DNA of 64,000 bases from Nemertoderma westbladi (taxonomy: Eukaryota; Animalia; Xenacoelomorpha), in NCBI GenBank assembly GCA_032718475.1, contig JAUCBJ010002949.1, forward strand, positions 105,102 through 169,101, in the 5' to 3' direction. A model generated the notes under the pieces. It was not told the DNA's origin. It was given only the letters and a program-made list of their open reading frames with translations, and did no database searches. Below, piece after piece: positions 12,351-23,000 of the stretch; the first letter of the stretch is position 1, and each line of letters starts with the position of its first letter. Both the position numbers and the translations under genes were made by a program.

Positions 12351-13681
12351 TATTCAGAGTTTATGCTATTATTCGCAACATTCATATCCCCAAGTTTATT
12401 CCTACAGTAATTGTGCTTGTTATATATACCGTTATAGTTAAACTAACCCCGGTACTACATCAGGGCTGCTTGGCGTAGGTAAAGACTGGAGATTTTGTGC
12501 TTTGGTCACTCCGGCAGATACCGTGGTTCTTTTAGCTGTTCAAGTATTTTAACTACTAATTATTTGTTGTATAAGTACTTGTACCTAATTTAGGGTTTAG
12601 TGTACAGTACTTTCCGAAGGTGATTAGTGTGTAGGCAGTATATTTGTGTTGTAAAGTGGTTAATAGGCACGTTGGTTCTGGTAGACTGCGGTAATTAACT
12701 TCTAGGTAGGAACACTCCGTGATACATAACGTAGTACTTATAGCGATACGGCTATAAGTCGTCAGACGGTGGTATTTTCCTATCTGGACAACGCAGTATA
12801 TTTACTACTACTTATTATTTTCAAATACCGTAGTACCCTGTCCTTTGTAATAACCAGATATTCTAACCCTTTGTTAGGCTGGTTAGTAGACTTCTTGTAA
12901 AATTACCCTAAAAATTCGTACTTGTAAATTTTTTGTGTTTATTTAGAGATTGTAATCTCACCCCGAATTGTATGTAATTTGCAGTATTAAGTAACTTAGG
13001 TAAATTAGAATTATTTGTTTTAGAGTCTAACAAGTAGCACTTCACTGAGAGCGCACAGCTTCTGTTTAGTGACTTCCCCAGAAATAATAACATTTATTTC
13101 AAATATTGACAAAAACCCATTTTAACGGGTATATATATTATAAATCAACTCAAACTGATTTATAAAATAGTACGCCTGTCATACAACAATTAGGTCTAAA
13201 TATCAGTTGGACTACTGCTTAAATAACGGTAATAAAGTAAGTTAAAGTAACCAAGTAACCCTAAAATTCAGAAATTCAGTTATTCTAAAATAATTGACAT
13301 ACCGGTATTTACAATAGGCTTATTATATTTATTTCTATAAATTTTAGGCTGAAATTATACCGGTATTCTGTAATTAATTCTAGTTCATAATTATACTTAT
13401 ATATACTATAAGTGTAAGCTGCATACCGGTATTCACGATAGGCCTATTATATATTTATATATATTTGTGCTGAAATTACCTACCGGTATTCTGTGACAAA
13501 CCTAGTCTGTAATAATACTTATATATACTATAAGCATACCGGTATTCTAATATATTATATATATATCACGCTACACTGAGTAGCAGTATCGGTAATTAAT
13601 TACTAGGCTAACAGTGATACTGAATTACTAGACTTGCTTAAACTGTAATATAGCAGTAGGCATTCAACTGTGCAAACAAAT

Positions 13682-14767
13682 ATGTCTGACACAAAGCAAA
13701 ACCTGTCGGACAGTCTCCTAGATACAACCATCTGTGACCCAGACAGGAGTGTGGAACGAGTAGGACCGAAGTTCAACTCACCTCCTACTGTAAGAAAGAT
13801 CATCCCTCCCGTAGTAATATCAGACCCTAGGCTGGTCCAACATCGTAGGTCTATCATAGGCACTCGAGCTCAGGTCAAGCGGGACCAAGAAGCAGCAGAA
13901 CAGCAGCAACCCGTGAGCCAAGAACTTATTTATCAGCGGCCCGACAGCTCCAGTAATGCAGATACTGTAGAGCTGACACCCGAGCACGGCGCAAAGATGA
14001 CAGGTGCAGTTTATTCGGACCCCCTTCTCATCCTTCCTGCAGCCGTCCTCACTAGGTTATTGATTGCGGTGGAAGAACACCAGATCGATTGGGCGAGAAA
14101 TAAGCGATCCACTAAAGATAGTTATGCGGGATACACAAGGGAAGAACTGAAGTCTATTGTCGAGTCGCAATGGAACTTCCCCGGACCCGGACTCCCGTTT
14201 GATTTATCAGAAGCTGCCTGGGAAGACATACACAGGATGGGAGTAACCAAGGAAACCATCGATCCAGCTGTGTGGAAGAGGTCCGCAGCCGGATACGCAC
14301 AGGGATTCTTCAGCTCTATGGAGCGATTAAAAGAACAACTGTTTCAACAACCCCAAGGACCTCAAGAGCAGGGACAGCTGCTTTATCAAGTTAGAGAAAG
14401 AATTCTACGAATCAGGCTAATCTTATCGGCCTTTGAGGAGGCTTCTAAAAGAAGACAAGACACGTCGTTGCAAGTTGCCGTAAAGACTTGGTTTCAACGG
14501 GTGAGCCTCCAGGTTCAAGGAATGGCTCAGTGGAAAGCTCAGCTGGAGGAGCGCTCAACCCATGGAGAATCAACAGACGCTACTTTTTCCCAAGTGGAAA
14601 GTGAAGCGACGGCAGAGAAACCGCATAAGAGGGATGCCATTGACATCTATCTGTCAGACTATCAGCGCTTTTTAGGAGATGAAGAGTTGAGGAGAAGGTT
14701 AGATGGACTTAGCCCTAATAGTGAAGGAACCCAGCGATGTGGATATGAGAGCTGCGAACCAAGCTAG
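13682..14767 (+). CDS. Gag N-terminal part of copy B, frameshifted from the downstream ORF
   Basis: Homologous to the N-termini of 46109-50275 and 3099-4238. A net 17-nt deletion near 14732 relative to D breaks the frame. Confidence 0.85.
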   Translation: MSDTKQNLSDSLLDTTICDPDRSVERVGPKFNSPPTVRKIIPPVVISDPRLVQHRRSIIGTRAQVKRDQEAAEQQQPVSQELIYQRPDSSSNADTVELTPEHGAKMTGAVYSDPLLILPAAVLTRLLIAVEEHQIDWARNKRSTKDSYAGYTREELKSIVESQWNFPGPGLPFDLSEAAWEDIHRMGVTKETIDPAVWKRSAAGYAQGFFSSMERLKEQLFQQPQGPQEQGQLLYQVRERILRIRLILSAFEEASKRRQDTSLQVAVKTWFQRVSLQVQGMAQWKAQLEERSTHGESTDATFSQVESEATAEKPHKRDAIDIYLSDYQRFLGDEELRRRLDGLSPNSEGTQRCGYESCEPS

Positions 14768-17700
14768 ATTTGATGAACGCCTTCGCATCACTAGAGTCCA
14801 AGAAGAACAAGTGAAGAAAAAACGTGTAGAAGACAGAAAGGCAGCGGCAGTGGCAGCAGCAGTGGCAGCTGCAGAAGCAGAAAGAAAAGCGGCAGTAGCA
14901 GTGGCAGAGGCAGAGGCGGAAAGAAAAGCGGCAGCGGCAGAAGCGGAAAGAAAAGCGGCAGTAGCAGCGGCAGAGGCAGAGGCGGAAAGAAAAGCGGCAG
15001 CGGCAGATGCGGAAAGAAAAGCGGCAGTGGCAGCGGCCGAAGCGGAAAGAAAAGCGGCAGAGGCAGTGGCAGAAGCAGAACGGAGAGCGGCTGAAGAAAC
15101 CACCCAATTAGAATTGGAAAACATTCAGGAGAATCAAGACTGCATAAATAAACAGTTAACAGCTAGTAATATGCAGATGATGAATCGATCTACTCCCAAA
15201 AGACAGGGATATACATCATCTGAGGAAGGCGATACCACCGATACTGAAGGCAAAGGAAATAGATCTCGTCTAAGCAGACGTAGAAGAACATCCCACCATC
15301 AGAAATTGCCTGATTTGCCTCCAGCTGTTAGAAGGCAACTAAATAACACAAACTTAGGTAGTACAGAACCCACAGACCAAATAATTAAAATAGAAAGACT
15401 CCCTACTATAGTAGATGAGCCTGAAATAATTAGGCCTATTCCCGAAGCCACCCTTTCGGTGGTAGAGACACCTGTACTCCCTGAACCTACCTCTAAATTC
15501 CCTCTGCACAGCACTAAGCTACCTGTGCCCAGCAGAACAGCCCATGAGACAATCCATGTCCTGGACTCCGAGCGAAATATTAATGATTTGTCGCCCGTTG
15601 TCCCTCGTCCGCCCGCTACAACGTTGGCGGCTCCCGCTTCGGCGGTCGAGTGGGTGGATGAGAGACGACGGGGGATGGATCTCCTGCTCGGGCAGATGCA
15701 GGAGACCGTTCAGCAATTCAAGGGCACAGTAAGGGAAAGTAGGTTAGAGTTGCAAGAAGTGCAGCAAAGTATCGCGTTAGAACGCGATAAATTAGTAAAT
15801 ACACAAAAGGGTATACCACCACCCCCGGTAACAATGTGTCAACCTGTTAGGTCTGAAGTATTTCATGCGCAAGGTGTGGAGCCTACACGCATATATACTG
15901 CTAGCGAAGTAGAAACTCCTATAGTGAACCCTATTAAGGGTAATTATAGACCTGTTCATAATGATATTCCCTATAGACCTGATCATAATCCGAGAAATTT
16001 ATATACCGATAACTCGATATTAAATAACACGATGGCCCAAGAAAGTTTTACGCGTCAAATGGCTAGAACCGAAGCCCGGCAAGCGGTAAAGGTGGGAGAG
16101 ATCGTCAAGTTCAATGGAGATGAGATGAAATGGTTACCTTTTAATGAATATTACAAAGATAACATACAGAACTCTGTGCTATCTAATGGAGAGAAACTTA
16201 GATTCCTCATCGAGTGCTTGGAAGGATCTCCCAAGTTAATGGCGTTAAAGTTTATTGGACATCCAGATGGATTAAGACAAGTTTGGGATACACTAAACAT
16301 CAGGTATGGTAATAGGAATAACATAGCTAAATATTTGTATGCAAAATTAGTAGCGCCCCGAAAGTTCATTAGCAGCGGGATAATAGAGTTTTCCGATGAG
16401 ATTCAGGAGATCTGTAGACAATTAGATTGGTTAGGTAAGTCTCATGAATATCAGAGTTCTATGGTTATTGGAGCCGTGGCATCTACTTTACCGAAGGGTG
16501 GAGTAGGTACACGCTGGGATAAGAAAGTGTTGTACATGATGGAACAACAACGACGAGACCCTACCATGGCTGATCTCATGTCATTCTTAGATGGAGAAGT
16601 GAAATTACAGCTCCTAAAACAGTCCAGAGAGAAGACACCGGAAAACAAGGTAAGTGAGAAACCCGTTTCTAGGAGAAAGGTAACACCAGTGTGTTATACA
16701 GACGACGGCGAAAGCCAGACTTCTCAAGGAGAGGATAGCGGGAAAGACACTGAAAGATCTTATTATGTCAATAAAACGCCTAAAGAACAGGTAAGTAAAT
16801 TCAAGTCTCGAACCAATGACAGGAGAGAACAGGTAAGAAAAACTCCTCCTACGTCTCCTAAGAGAATTCAGGTGAGAAAGCCCGAAGAAAGAACGAGTGT
16901 GCACAATGTTATTCAAAATAAGGTAAGTAACATCAAACCGAAATTTGCGCTATGTGACGGGACCCACCGTTTGAATATGTGTGATGAATTCCTGAAGAAA
17001 TCATTAGCGGAGAGACGGGAAGTCATGTGGGATAAGCGGTTGTGTTATAATTGCCTCAGACAAGGACACCAACGGCGAACCTGTTACTCCGACACAAGGT
17101 GTGCAAAGTGCGGTGCGAAACATCATATCTTGATGCACACTGAATTCGAGCGAAACAGCCAGAGTCAGGTAAGTGAGTCCGAACTACATGTCCAATTCAG
17201 TGATGTGAACGACACTGACCAATATTCTGAGATGGAAGGATTCTATACGGACGAATTCTCCGACGAAAACGAATCCTGTTACCTGACAAATACCGCAGTG
17301 TATCGAGCACTTACGTATGAAAAGGACACCGACAGCGAGCTCCCCCTAACTACTTCTGACAGACAACCATCTTGGAAAGCACCAACTTCCAATGTAGGAA
17401 TCCGAGAATTTCCTGTAGTACAGTTAAGGGTCCACGGACCTACAAGGAGTTATATAGTGAACGCCCTCCTTGACTCCGGTAGTACAGGAACATTCATCGA
17501 CAAAGAACTAGCCGAAGACATCTTTGCTGGACAACCCAAGTTCCGAACTAAGCTAAACATGTCAGGAATTATGCAGGTTTGGAAATCTACCGTAATAGCG
17601 GATTATTATGTAGGCGCGTTGTCCACCCCCCAGGATGAACTAGGAGAACACAGCATAAGGTCAGTAAAAATGGTAGCGATAAAGAACTTCGCTACCAGCC

Positions 17701-18374
17701 AAGTGGAACCTTATAACTGGGATGAGGACGATTTCACCCAGCAGCTTGAAATACCTAGATTCAACACCGATTACCCTGGAGTCCAAATACTCATCGGTCA
17801 AAATGCGCATGAAGCGCTCGAGACATTGGAGAAACGGTCTGCTCAACCGCAACCACTACAAGCTTATGTGGGAAGAACTAGAGTGGGTTGGTACTTTACT
17901 GGCCCTTCCCGTAGAACTCTCATGGAAAGATTACCGAAAGATCAGGTATATCAAGTAAGAGAATGGGAAGATGAGAGCAGTGAGTTAGACGATCCAACTG
18001 AGGGAAGACCATACTCCTCAGATAATGACGACATCAACTCCAATGTAGATCAATGGAGACATTGCCCCGAGACGATTAATCTAGCCGACATCGCCTCCAG
18101 AGGAGCAACTCCTCAAGAACTGACAGATACTCCAGACTGGTTAGGTGAACCCGACTTCCTAAGTAAAGAAGATGAATGGCCTCCCCACCTTAACCCGGCT
18201 GAGATTAGACAGGCCAAGGGAGCGGAGAAAGTAACACAACAACTCAAGCGCCCAGCTGGTCGTTTATATTTACTAGAAAGAGACCGAAAACTGTCCGGAA
18301 ACTATGGAAGGCAAGATACTCTTCCTACGACCACTTCCCTAATCCGACAATTATCTAGGGACTCCATAACGTAA
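14703..18374 (+). CDS. BEL/Pao Gag-protease with remnants of RNase H and integrase
   Basis: Capsid-like KFNGDEMKWLPF...EKLRFL, knuckles CYNCLRQGHQRRTC and CAKCGAKHHILMH, protease ALLDSGS, RNase H end QWRHCPETINLADIASRG, integrase tail KRPAGRLYLLE. No YxDD RT and no DDE core. Confidence 0.92.
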   Translation: MDLALIVKEPSDVDMRAANQARFDERLRITRVQEEQVKKKRVEDRKAAAVAAAVAAAEAERKAAVAVAEAEAERKAAAAEAERKAAVAAAEAEAERKAAAADAERKAAVAAAEAERKAAEAVAEAERRAAEETTQLELENIQENQDCINKQLTASNMQMMNRSTPKRQGYTSSEEGDTTDTEGKGNRSRLSRRRRTSHHQKLPDLPPAVRRQLNNTNLGSTEPTDQIIKIERLPTIVDEPEIIRPIPEATLSVVETPVLPEPTSKFPLHSTKLPVPSRTAHETIHVLDSERNINDLSPVVPRPPATTLAAPASAVEWVDERRRGMDLLLGQMQETVQQFKGTVRESRLELQEVQQSIALERDKLVNTQKGIPPPPVTMCQPVRSEVFHAQGVEPTRIYTASEVETPIVNPIKGNYRPVHNDIPYRPDHNPRNLYTDNSILNNTMAQESFTRQMARTEARQAVKVGEIVKFNGDEMKWLPFNEYYKDNIQNSVLSNGEKLRFLIECLEGSPKLMALKFIGHPDGLRQVWDTLNIRYGNRNNIAKYLYAKLVAPRKFISSGIIEFSDEIQEICRQLDWLGKSHEYQSSMVIGAVASTLPKGGVGTRWDKKVLYMMEQQRRDPTMADLMSFLDGEVKLQLLKQSREKTPENKVSEKPVSRRKVTPVCYTDDGESQTSQGEDSGKDTERSYYVNKTPKEQVSKFKSRTNDRREQVRKTPPTSPKRIQVRKPEERTSVHNVIQNKVSNIKPKFALCDGTHRLNMCDEFLKKSLAERREVMWDKRLCYNCLRQGHQRRTCYSDTRCAKCGAKHHILMHTEFERNSQSQVSESELHVQFSDVNDTDQYSEMEGFYTDEFSDENESCYLTNTAVYRALTYEKDTDSELPLTTSDRQPSWKAPTSNVGIREFPVVQLRVHGPTRSYIVNALLDSGSTGTFIDKELAEDIFAGQPKFRTKLNMSGIMQVWKSTVIADYYVGALSTPQDELGEHSIRSVKMVAIKNFATSQVEPYNWDEDDFTQQLEIPRFNTDYPGVQILIGQNAHEALETLEKRSAQPQPLQAYVGRTRVGWYFTGPSRRTLMERLPKDQVYQVREWEDESSELDDPTEGRPYSSDNDDINSNVDQWRHCPETINLADIASRGATPQELTDTPDWLGEPDFLSKEDEWPPHLNPAEIRQAKGAEKVTQQLKRPAGRLYLLERDRKLSGNYGRQDTLPTTTSLIRQLSRDSIT

Positions 18375-18928
18375 CAACATATGGAGTGGGTGTGTGACTA
18401 TATTATTTTATATTTATATTTATTTTTATTATTTTATATTATGTATGTATTATTATGTAATTTTATTATAATCGTTTTCTTTAATTTTATTTAGTCAAAT
18501 GTTATTTAGCGATTATTTAGTAGATTAGTGCAATATATTAGTGTTTATTACTTAATTACTTATATATTATATTTAGTGCGAAGGCGAGAAATAATTCTTT
18601 TTCTCTTTCCTTACTGTCCGTATCATATTATAAATACGCGACTACAGTAAGATGAAATATCCGTACTTATTAAAGTACAATAAAGCTCCTACTATATTTA
18701 AGTATTATTGGTAAGCAGAGTATTAGGAATGCAAAATTCAGATCCTTGTGTCTCGGCTAAACCAAGCTCTGGGTAGACCTTGGAAACGACTTGCCTCTTC
18801 CTCACTGACATTGCTTCGTGCGATATTGCTCTCATACCGTATATTAAATAATACATATAGTAGCGTGATGTCCTTTTAACAGTAGCGTATAACGCAAAAT
18901 AAATCTGTTAAACCCTTTGACCATCTGT

Positions 18929-19191
18929 AATTCTAGTCGATTAAGATATCGCGGCACCCACCGATATACTTGAAAGACAAATTCTAGAATCAGTGGTTAA
19001 CGTCCCCAGACAAGTTCTGGAATAAACTGGTGCCCATCCTAAATATTAATTACTAATATTTACAAAATCTGTCAAATTCTAGATCCTTTAAAATTCTAGT
19101 CGATTAAGATATCGTAGCACTTACCGATACTCTTAAAAAGACAAAATTACTAGAATCGAGGATCCCAGTCCCCAGACACGTTCTGGAATAA
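18929..19191 (+). repeat. Duplicated hairpin-forming unit in the ORF1-ORF2 spacer
   Basis: TTCTAGTCGATTAAGATATCG...CGATA..CTT(G/A)A..GAC...CTAGAA occurs twice ~165 bp apart, each followed by CCAGA...TCTGG. Conserved in D at ~45300-45560. Confidence 0.75.
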
Positions 19192-19824
19192 AATTACGTC
19201 TATTTAACATTAAATAATAAAATTTATGGGAATAAATTTAAATTCATATATTTCAATGAATTTAATAAATTGTCATTTTATACAATTTATAACATTCCCA
19301 AAATTCCATTAATTAATAGATCATGGGAGCGGAGATTCACTCTATTAAGTGTATTTGTGTGCGAGAATCTCCAATATATAGTCAATAGCCGATAAAATTC
19401 ATAAAATCATATATAGAGAGGATATTGACAATTAAAGCATTACTATTAAATAGCATCCCAGATCTGTATGCATGAGAATTACCCTAATTCTACCGCTAGC
19501 TTTCCATAATGTCACCATGGCAACAACCACGCTAGAATTAGAAGTGAGTTAAAAGAACAATAGAAGGCTTGCTCCATTGAATAGCATAGGGAATAAATAG
19601 CATACTGCTAGTATCCAAGGATACATAATAAATAAAGTGACATTCTGGAAGGTACTGACTAACGGACAAATGGCCCGAATGTGTACAGTTTATGGCAGTT
19701 GTGTTGAATTTGTGCGTTCATAGGTGAATGTTACTGCTAAAGTGTGTTTACAGTAGCTAGTCGCAATTGTGAAAGTAGCCCTAACTCTCCAGAAAGAACC
19801 TGAAGTACATCTAAGCCTTTGGGA

Positions 19825-19971
19825 CGGACAGTGGAGTGACTTGTGCCGGTTATCGTTGTCGTTGTGTAGCTACATCGTTGGCGAAAGCACAGCGACGACG
19901 GTACATCGGCGCTGAGGATCTTGCACTGTCCGGGGGCAAAAGAGGGGTAGGCAGCGACGCCCGCTAGCCTA
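19825..19971 (+). ncRNA. Conserved structured RNA element upstream of ORF2 (IRES candidate)
   Basis: Nested stems with compensatory and wobble-preserving changes among copies B, C and D; ends ~40 nt before the ORF2 ATG. Confidence 0.75.
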
Positions 19972-20012
19972 ATATATAAACTCATTATAATATTGATAAA
20001 CTCATAGCAGAT

Positions 20013-23000
20013 ATGACTGAGTTGATAGAAGATGATCTTGGTATCAGGGAGCGATATACTCTACCTTTACAAGCGTTTGTCGATATCTTGATACGCGGCG
20101 ACGCTGGTCCAACCACTACGGAGGATGATGGTCGTTATATCGAACCACCAATGTCACCGGAGCAACTTACGCGTGAATTGGATTATAGAAAGTTCACCGC
20201 TCGCTATACGCATCGTAATGGTACGTATATGGACTTCTTAACTACTGGCCATCCTATCGATTTACACGATACGGACGATGTAGACACTGAAAGGGAAATG
20301 GTTTTATTTAAATATCATACCCAGCGGAGTCGGAACGATAAACCGAGAATAGAACACGAGAACTCTATTCGAAACAAACTCGAAAGGGAAGACGTTGAAG
20401 AGCCGGATAAACGCCGCGACTTTAACGATTATCTGGAATTCCTGAGAGAGACATATCTCAATATTGCCAGCCAACAAAATCTCGAAACTAGATATCCTCA
20501 AGGTATACATCATGACCCTATGATAGAACTCAAACGACTCTATTTCACTATAATGTATCTTACCGCCGATCGACCGCTACCTGTCGTCCCAGATAGCTTC
20601 GAACAGATGGAGGAATATTGTAAAACTGGAGAACGATCACCCGCGTTTCCCCTGCAGGACGTGTGTCTTTGGTATTACTGCGACGAGTGCCCTAGACCCA
20701 ATCAGCAAACGGAAAGACATAAACATCCGCGGAGACGTTGCGCTAAACACAGTTTTACACAATATACTTATGGGAGTTTCGAGCGAAACCTGTTCAACAT
20801 ATCCCCTACGGTTGCTCGGCTCGAACGATCCTTGAACAAACCAATGATCAGAGTTCCGGAATACTCGGTCAGACCTCCTCATTCCTCAGTTAGACCTCAG
20901 ACTCTTGATCCTAATAGTATCACGGATCCTCCCGAACTGTATTCGCTGTTCAAAGATCTAGTGTTACCCGAACAGTTGATTGGTGGCACTCCGGTAGTAG
21001 GCTCGCTAGATATTCGCCAACCCTACCGAGCTGGATTGGGACGCAGTCATCTAATATCGCCGTTTAACCCACACAACCGTCCCGGCTTCACCTCGATACA
21101 ACCCGTTACGGAAGTCGAAGAGAGCGTCGTACGAAACGCGTTAGACGCTATTCGGCAGAAAATCGGAAAGGGAACTTACGATTGTTTGGAGAAACGTAAA
21201 TTGCAACAACAAGTCCAAGCGGTGAAGGAATTAGCTTTACCCCAGTTCGATAGAGAAATACAAAATCTCGAGGAGGACATCGAACGTGGACGAACCTACT
21301 CTTTACAAGAGTTCCTAGATGAGCGTCTACAACAACAAGCGGAGGAAAATCAGCTCGAGGAGAGACATATAGAACTAGATGAGAGAGAAGAAGCAGCTTT
21401 AGCTCAACCCGAAGCTCAAATCCTTATGACGGATCTCTACTCTAAAACCATCCTTCATCCCTCGATGGTTCCCCATTTCGGAGACAAACTCTTTGCGACG
21501 ATACAACCCCAACCGGTTGATATCAACCTAAGATCTAGAGATCTTATCGCTGACGCTCCCATGTTGCAACGTCCACCCATCGAAGCCGCTCATGTAGATG
21601 GTATACTCGTTGAACCTCCGGACAATAGAGCGGATCTTGTCCGTCGCATGGTACACGATGTAAACATACGCGCTAGACCTTTACCGGACTCGTTTTATGG
21701 GATCAAAGATCACCCTTATTACGTTAACCTAACACAATATTACATGGTAAAACCGGAAGATCCTACACATAGTCTGAGGTTTCTGCCACTCATAAATCCT
21801 CTCGATCTTGTCGAACTCGAACAACTGCATAAACATCTGGATCAGTTGGTTAAAATAAACTCATTTCGAAAACCATACAATGTTTCCAGAATAGAGAAAG
21901 AAACAATACCTCCGTATAATCTTGATGGATTCATCAAAACTCGTTTAGTACACTGGAATCTTGACGTGTTATTCGTGGAGGAAAGAATACAACGATATGG
22001 AGATGTGGAAACATATACCACACAATATTTAAAGTATAGAGACCTACCTAATGCTAGCAAATGCGCTACCTTGTGGCATCCTGTGGGAATGACCCTCGAA
22101 AACGCCACTAAAGAGTGGAATGAGACTCTTAACGTTATCGAGATGTATGGAGTTGTCACCTATGACAACGAAGGTAGCGTTCCGGTTGGAGAACTGGGAA
22201 CTACGCGGATGATACACATACGAGGACTCGCTGGTTCTACCCACGTATTTACTCGAGCGTGTTCCGATGTGATTGATTATTCTTTTGAAACTCTTACTGA
22301 GACACAAAAGAGACTCCGACATGGACAATTCGAGCTCGCGCAGCGTTACGTCGCCGACACCGAGCGCAAACCGGCCATGGGTATCGATGGATCGATGTTA
22401 CCCCAGCCCGTGCTCGAGATGTTGTTTAACGAAAGAATCCTTAAAATCGGCTCAGCTGTTTATGGAGATCTAAAAAACGACTTTCGGAATATGGAAAACA
22501 TTCCATATCCTTTCGTGGATACTCAGCTGATTGCTCCCTGGGCAGAAGGCCGAGGTTTCTTCCGCACTATGTATGCCAATACACCCAGCGGCATTACTAA
22601 AGTACAACGAACCTCCATCGGACATCTTGCCTTTCAAGAATACGGATGGAATTTCAAGGTTGGAAATCCTATAAATTACCAACAAGTATATGGAGATCAT
22701 TATTCTCATTTATACTTTGATGGACCATTGACCGCACCTGGCGCCGTGTATAGCTTTATGAGTGTTCCACTTCGTCCCTCCTTAGCTATATACACGATCT
22801 TTGAAAATGCAGCACTTGCCGGTTGGCTAGCCGATGTGTGCAGTCGTACCATACGCGCCCATCCCTTAATACTTGGAACCAAACTCGCCAAGTTAGATGA
22901 ACACAATAAATTCCTCCGCTTCGAATGTTTCAGGCGCTTTCTGACTCCGTTCCGTAACGTTGATAGTCAGTTCAAGGACTGCGCTCTGACCAAACTCAGC

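Noticed and set aside
13290-13560. Clustered TACCGGTA palindromes upstream of gag as a specific dimerisation signal
   Set aside because: Partly explained by a local ~130-bp duplication, and the motif also occurs in unrelated parts of the window, so it may be a host-wide bias.
14703-14767. Programmed ribosomal frameshift between the two overlapping gag ORFs of B
   Set aside because: D reads through in one frame, B simply lacks a net 17 nt, and no slippery heptamer is evident.
19912-19945. CTGAGGA matches the hammerhead ribozyme core CUGANGA
   Set aside because: No stem II followed by GAAA and no stem III/cleavage triplet in the required order.
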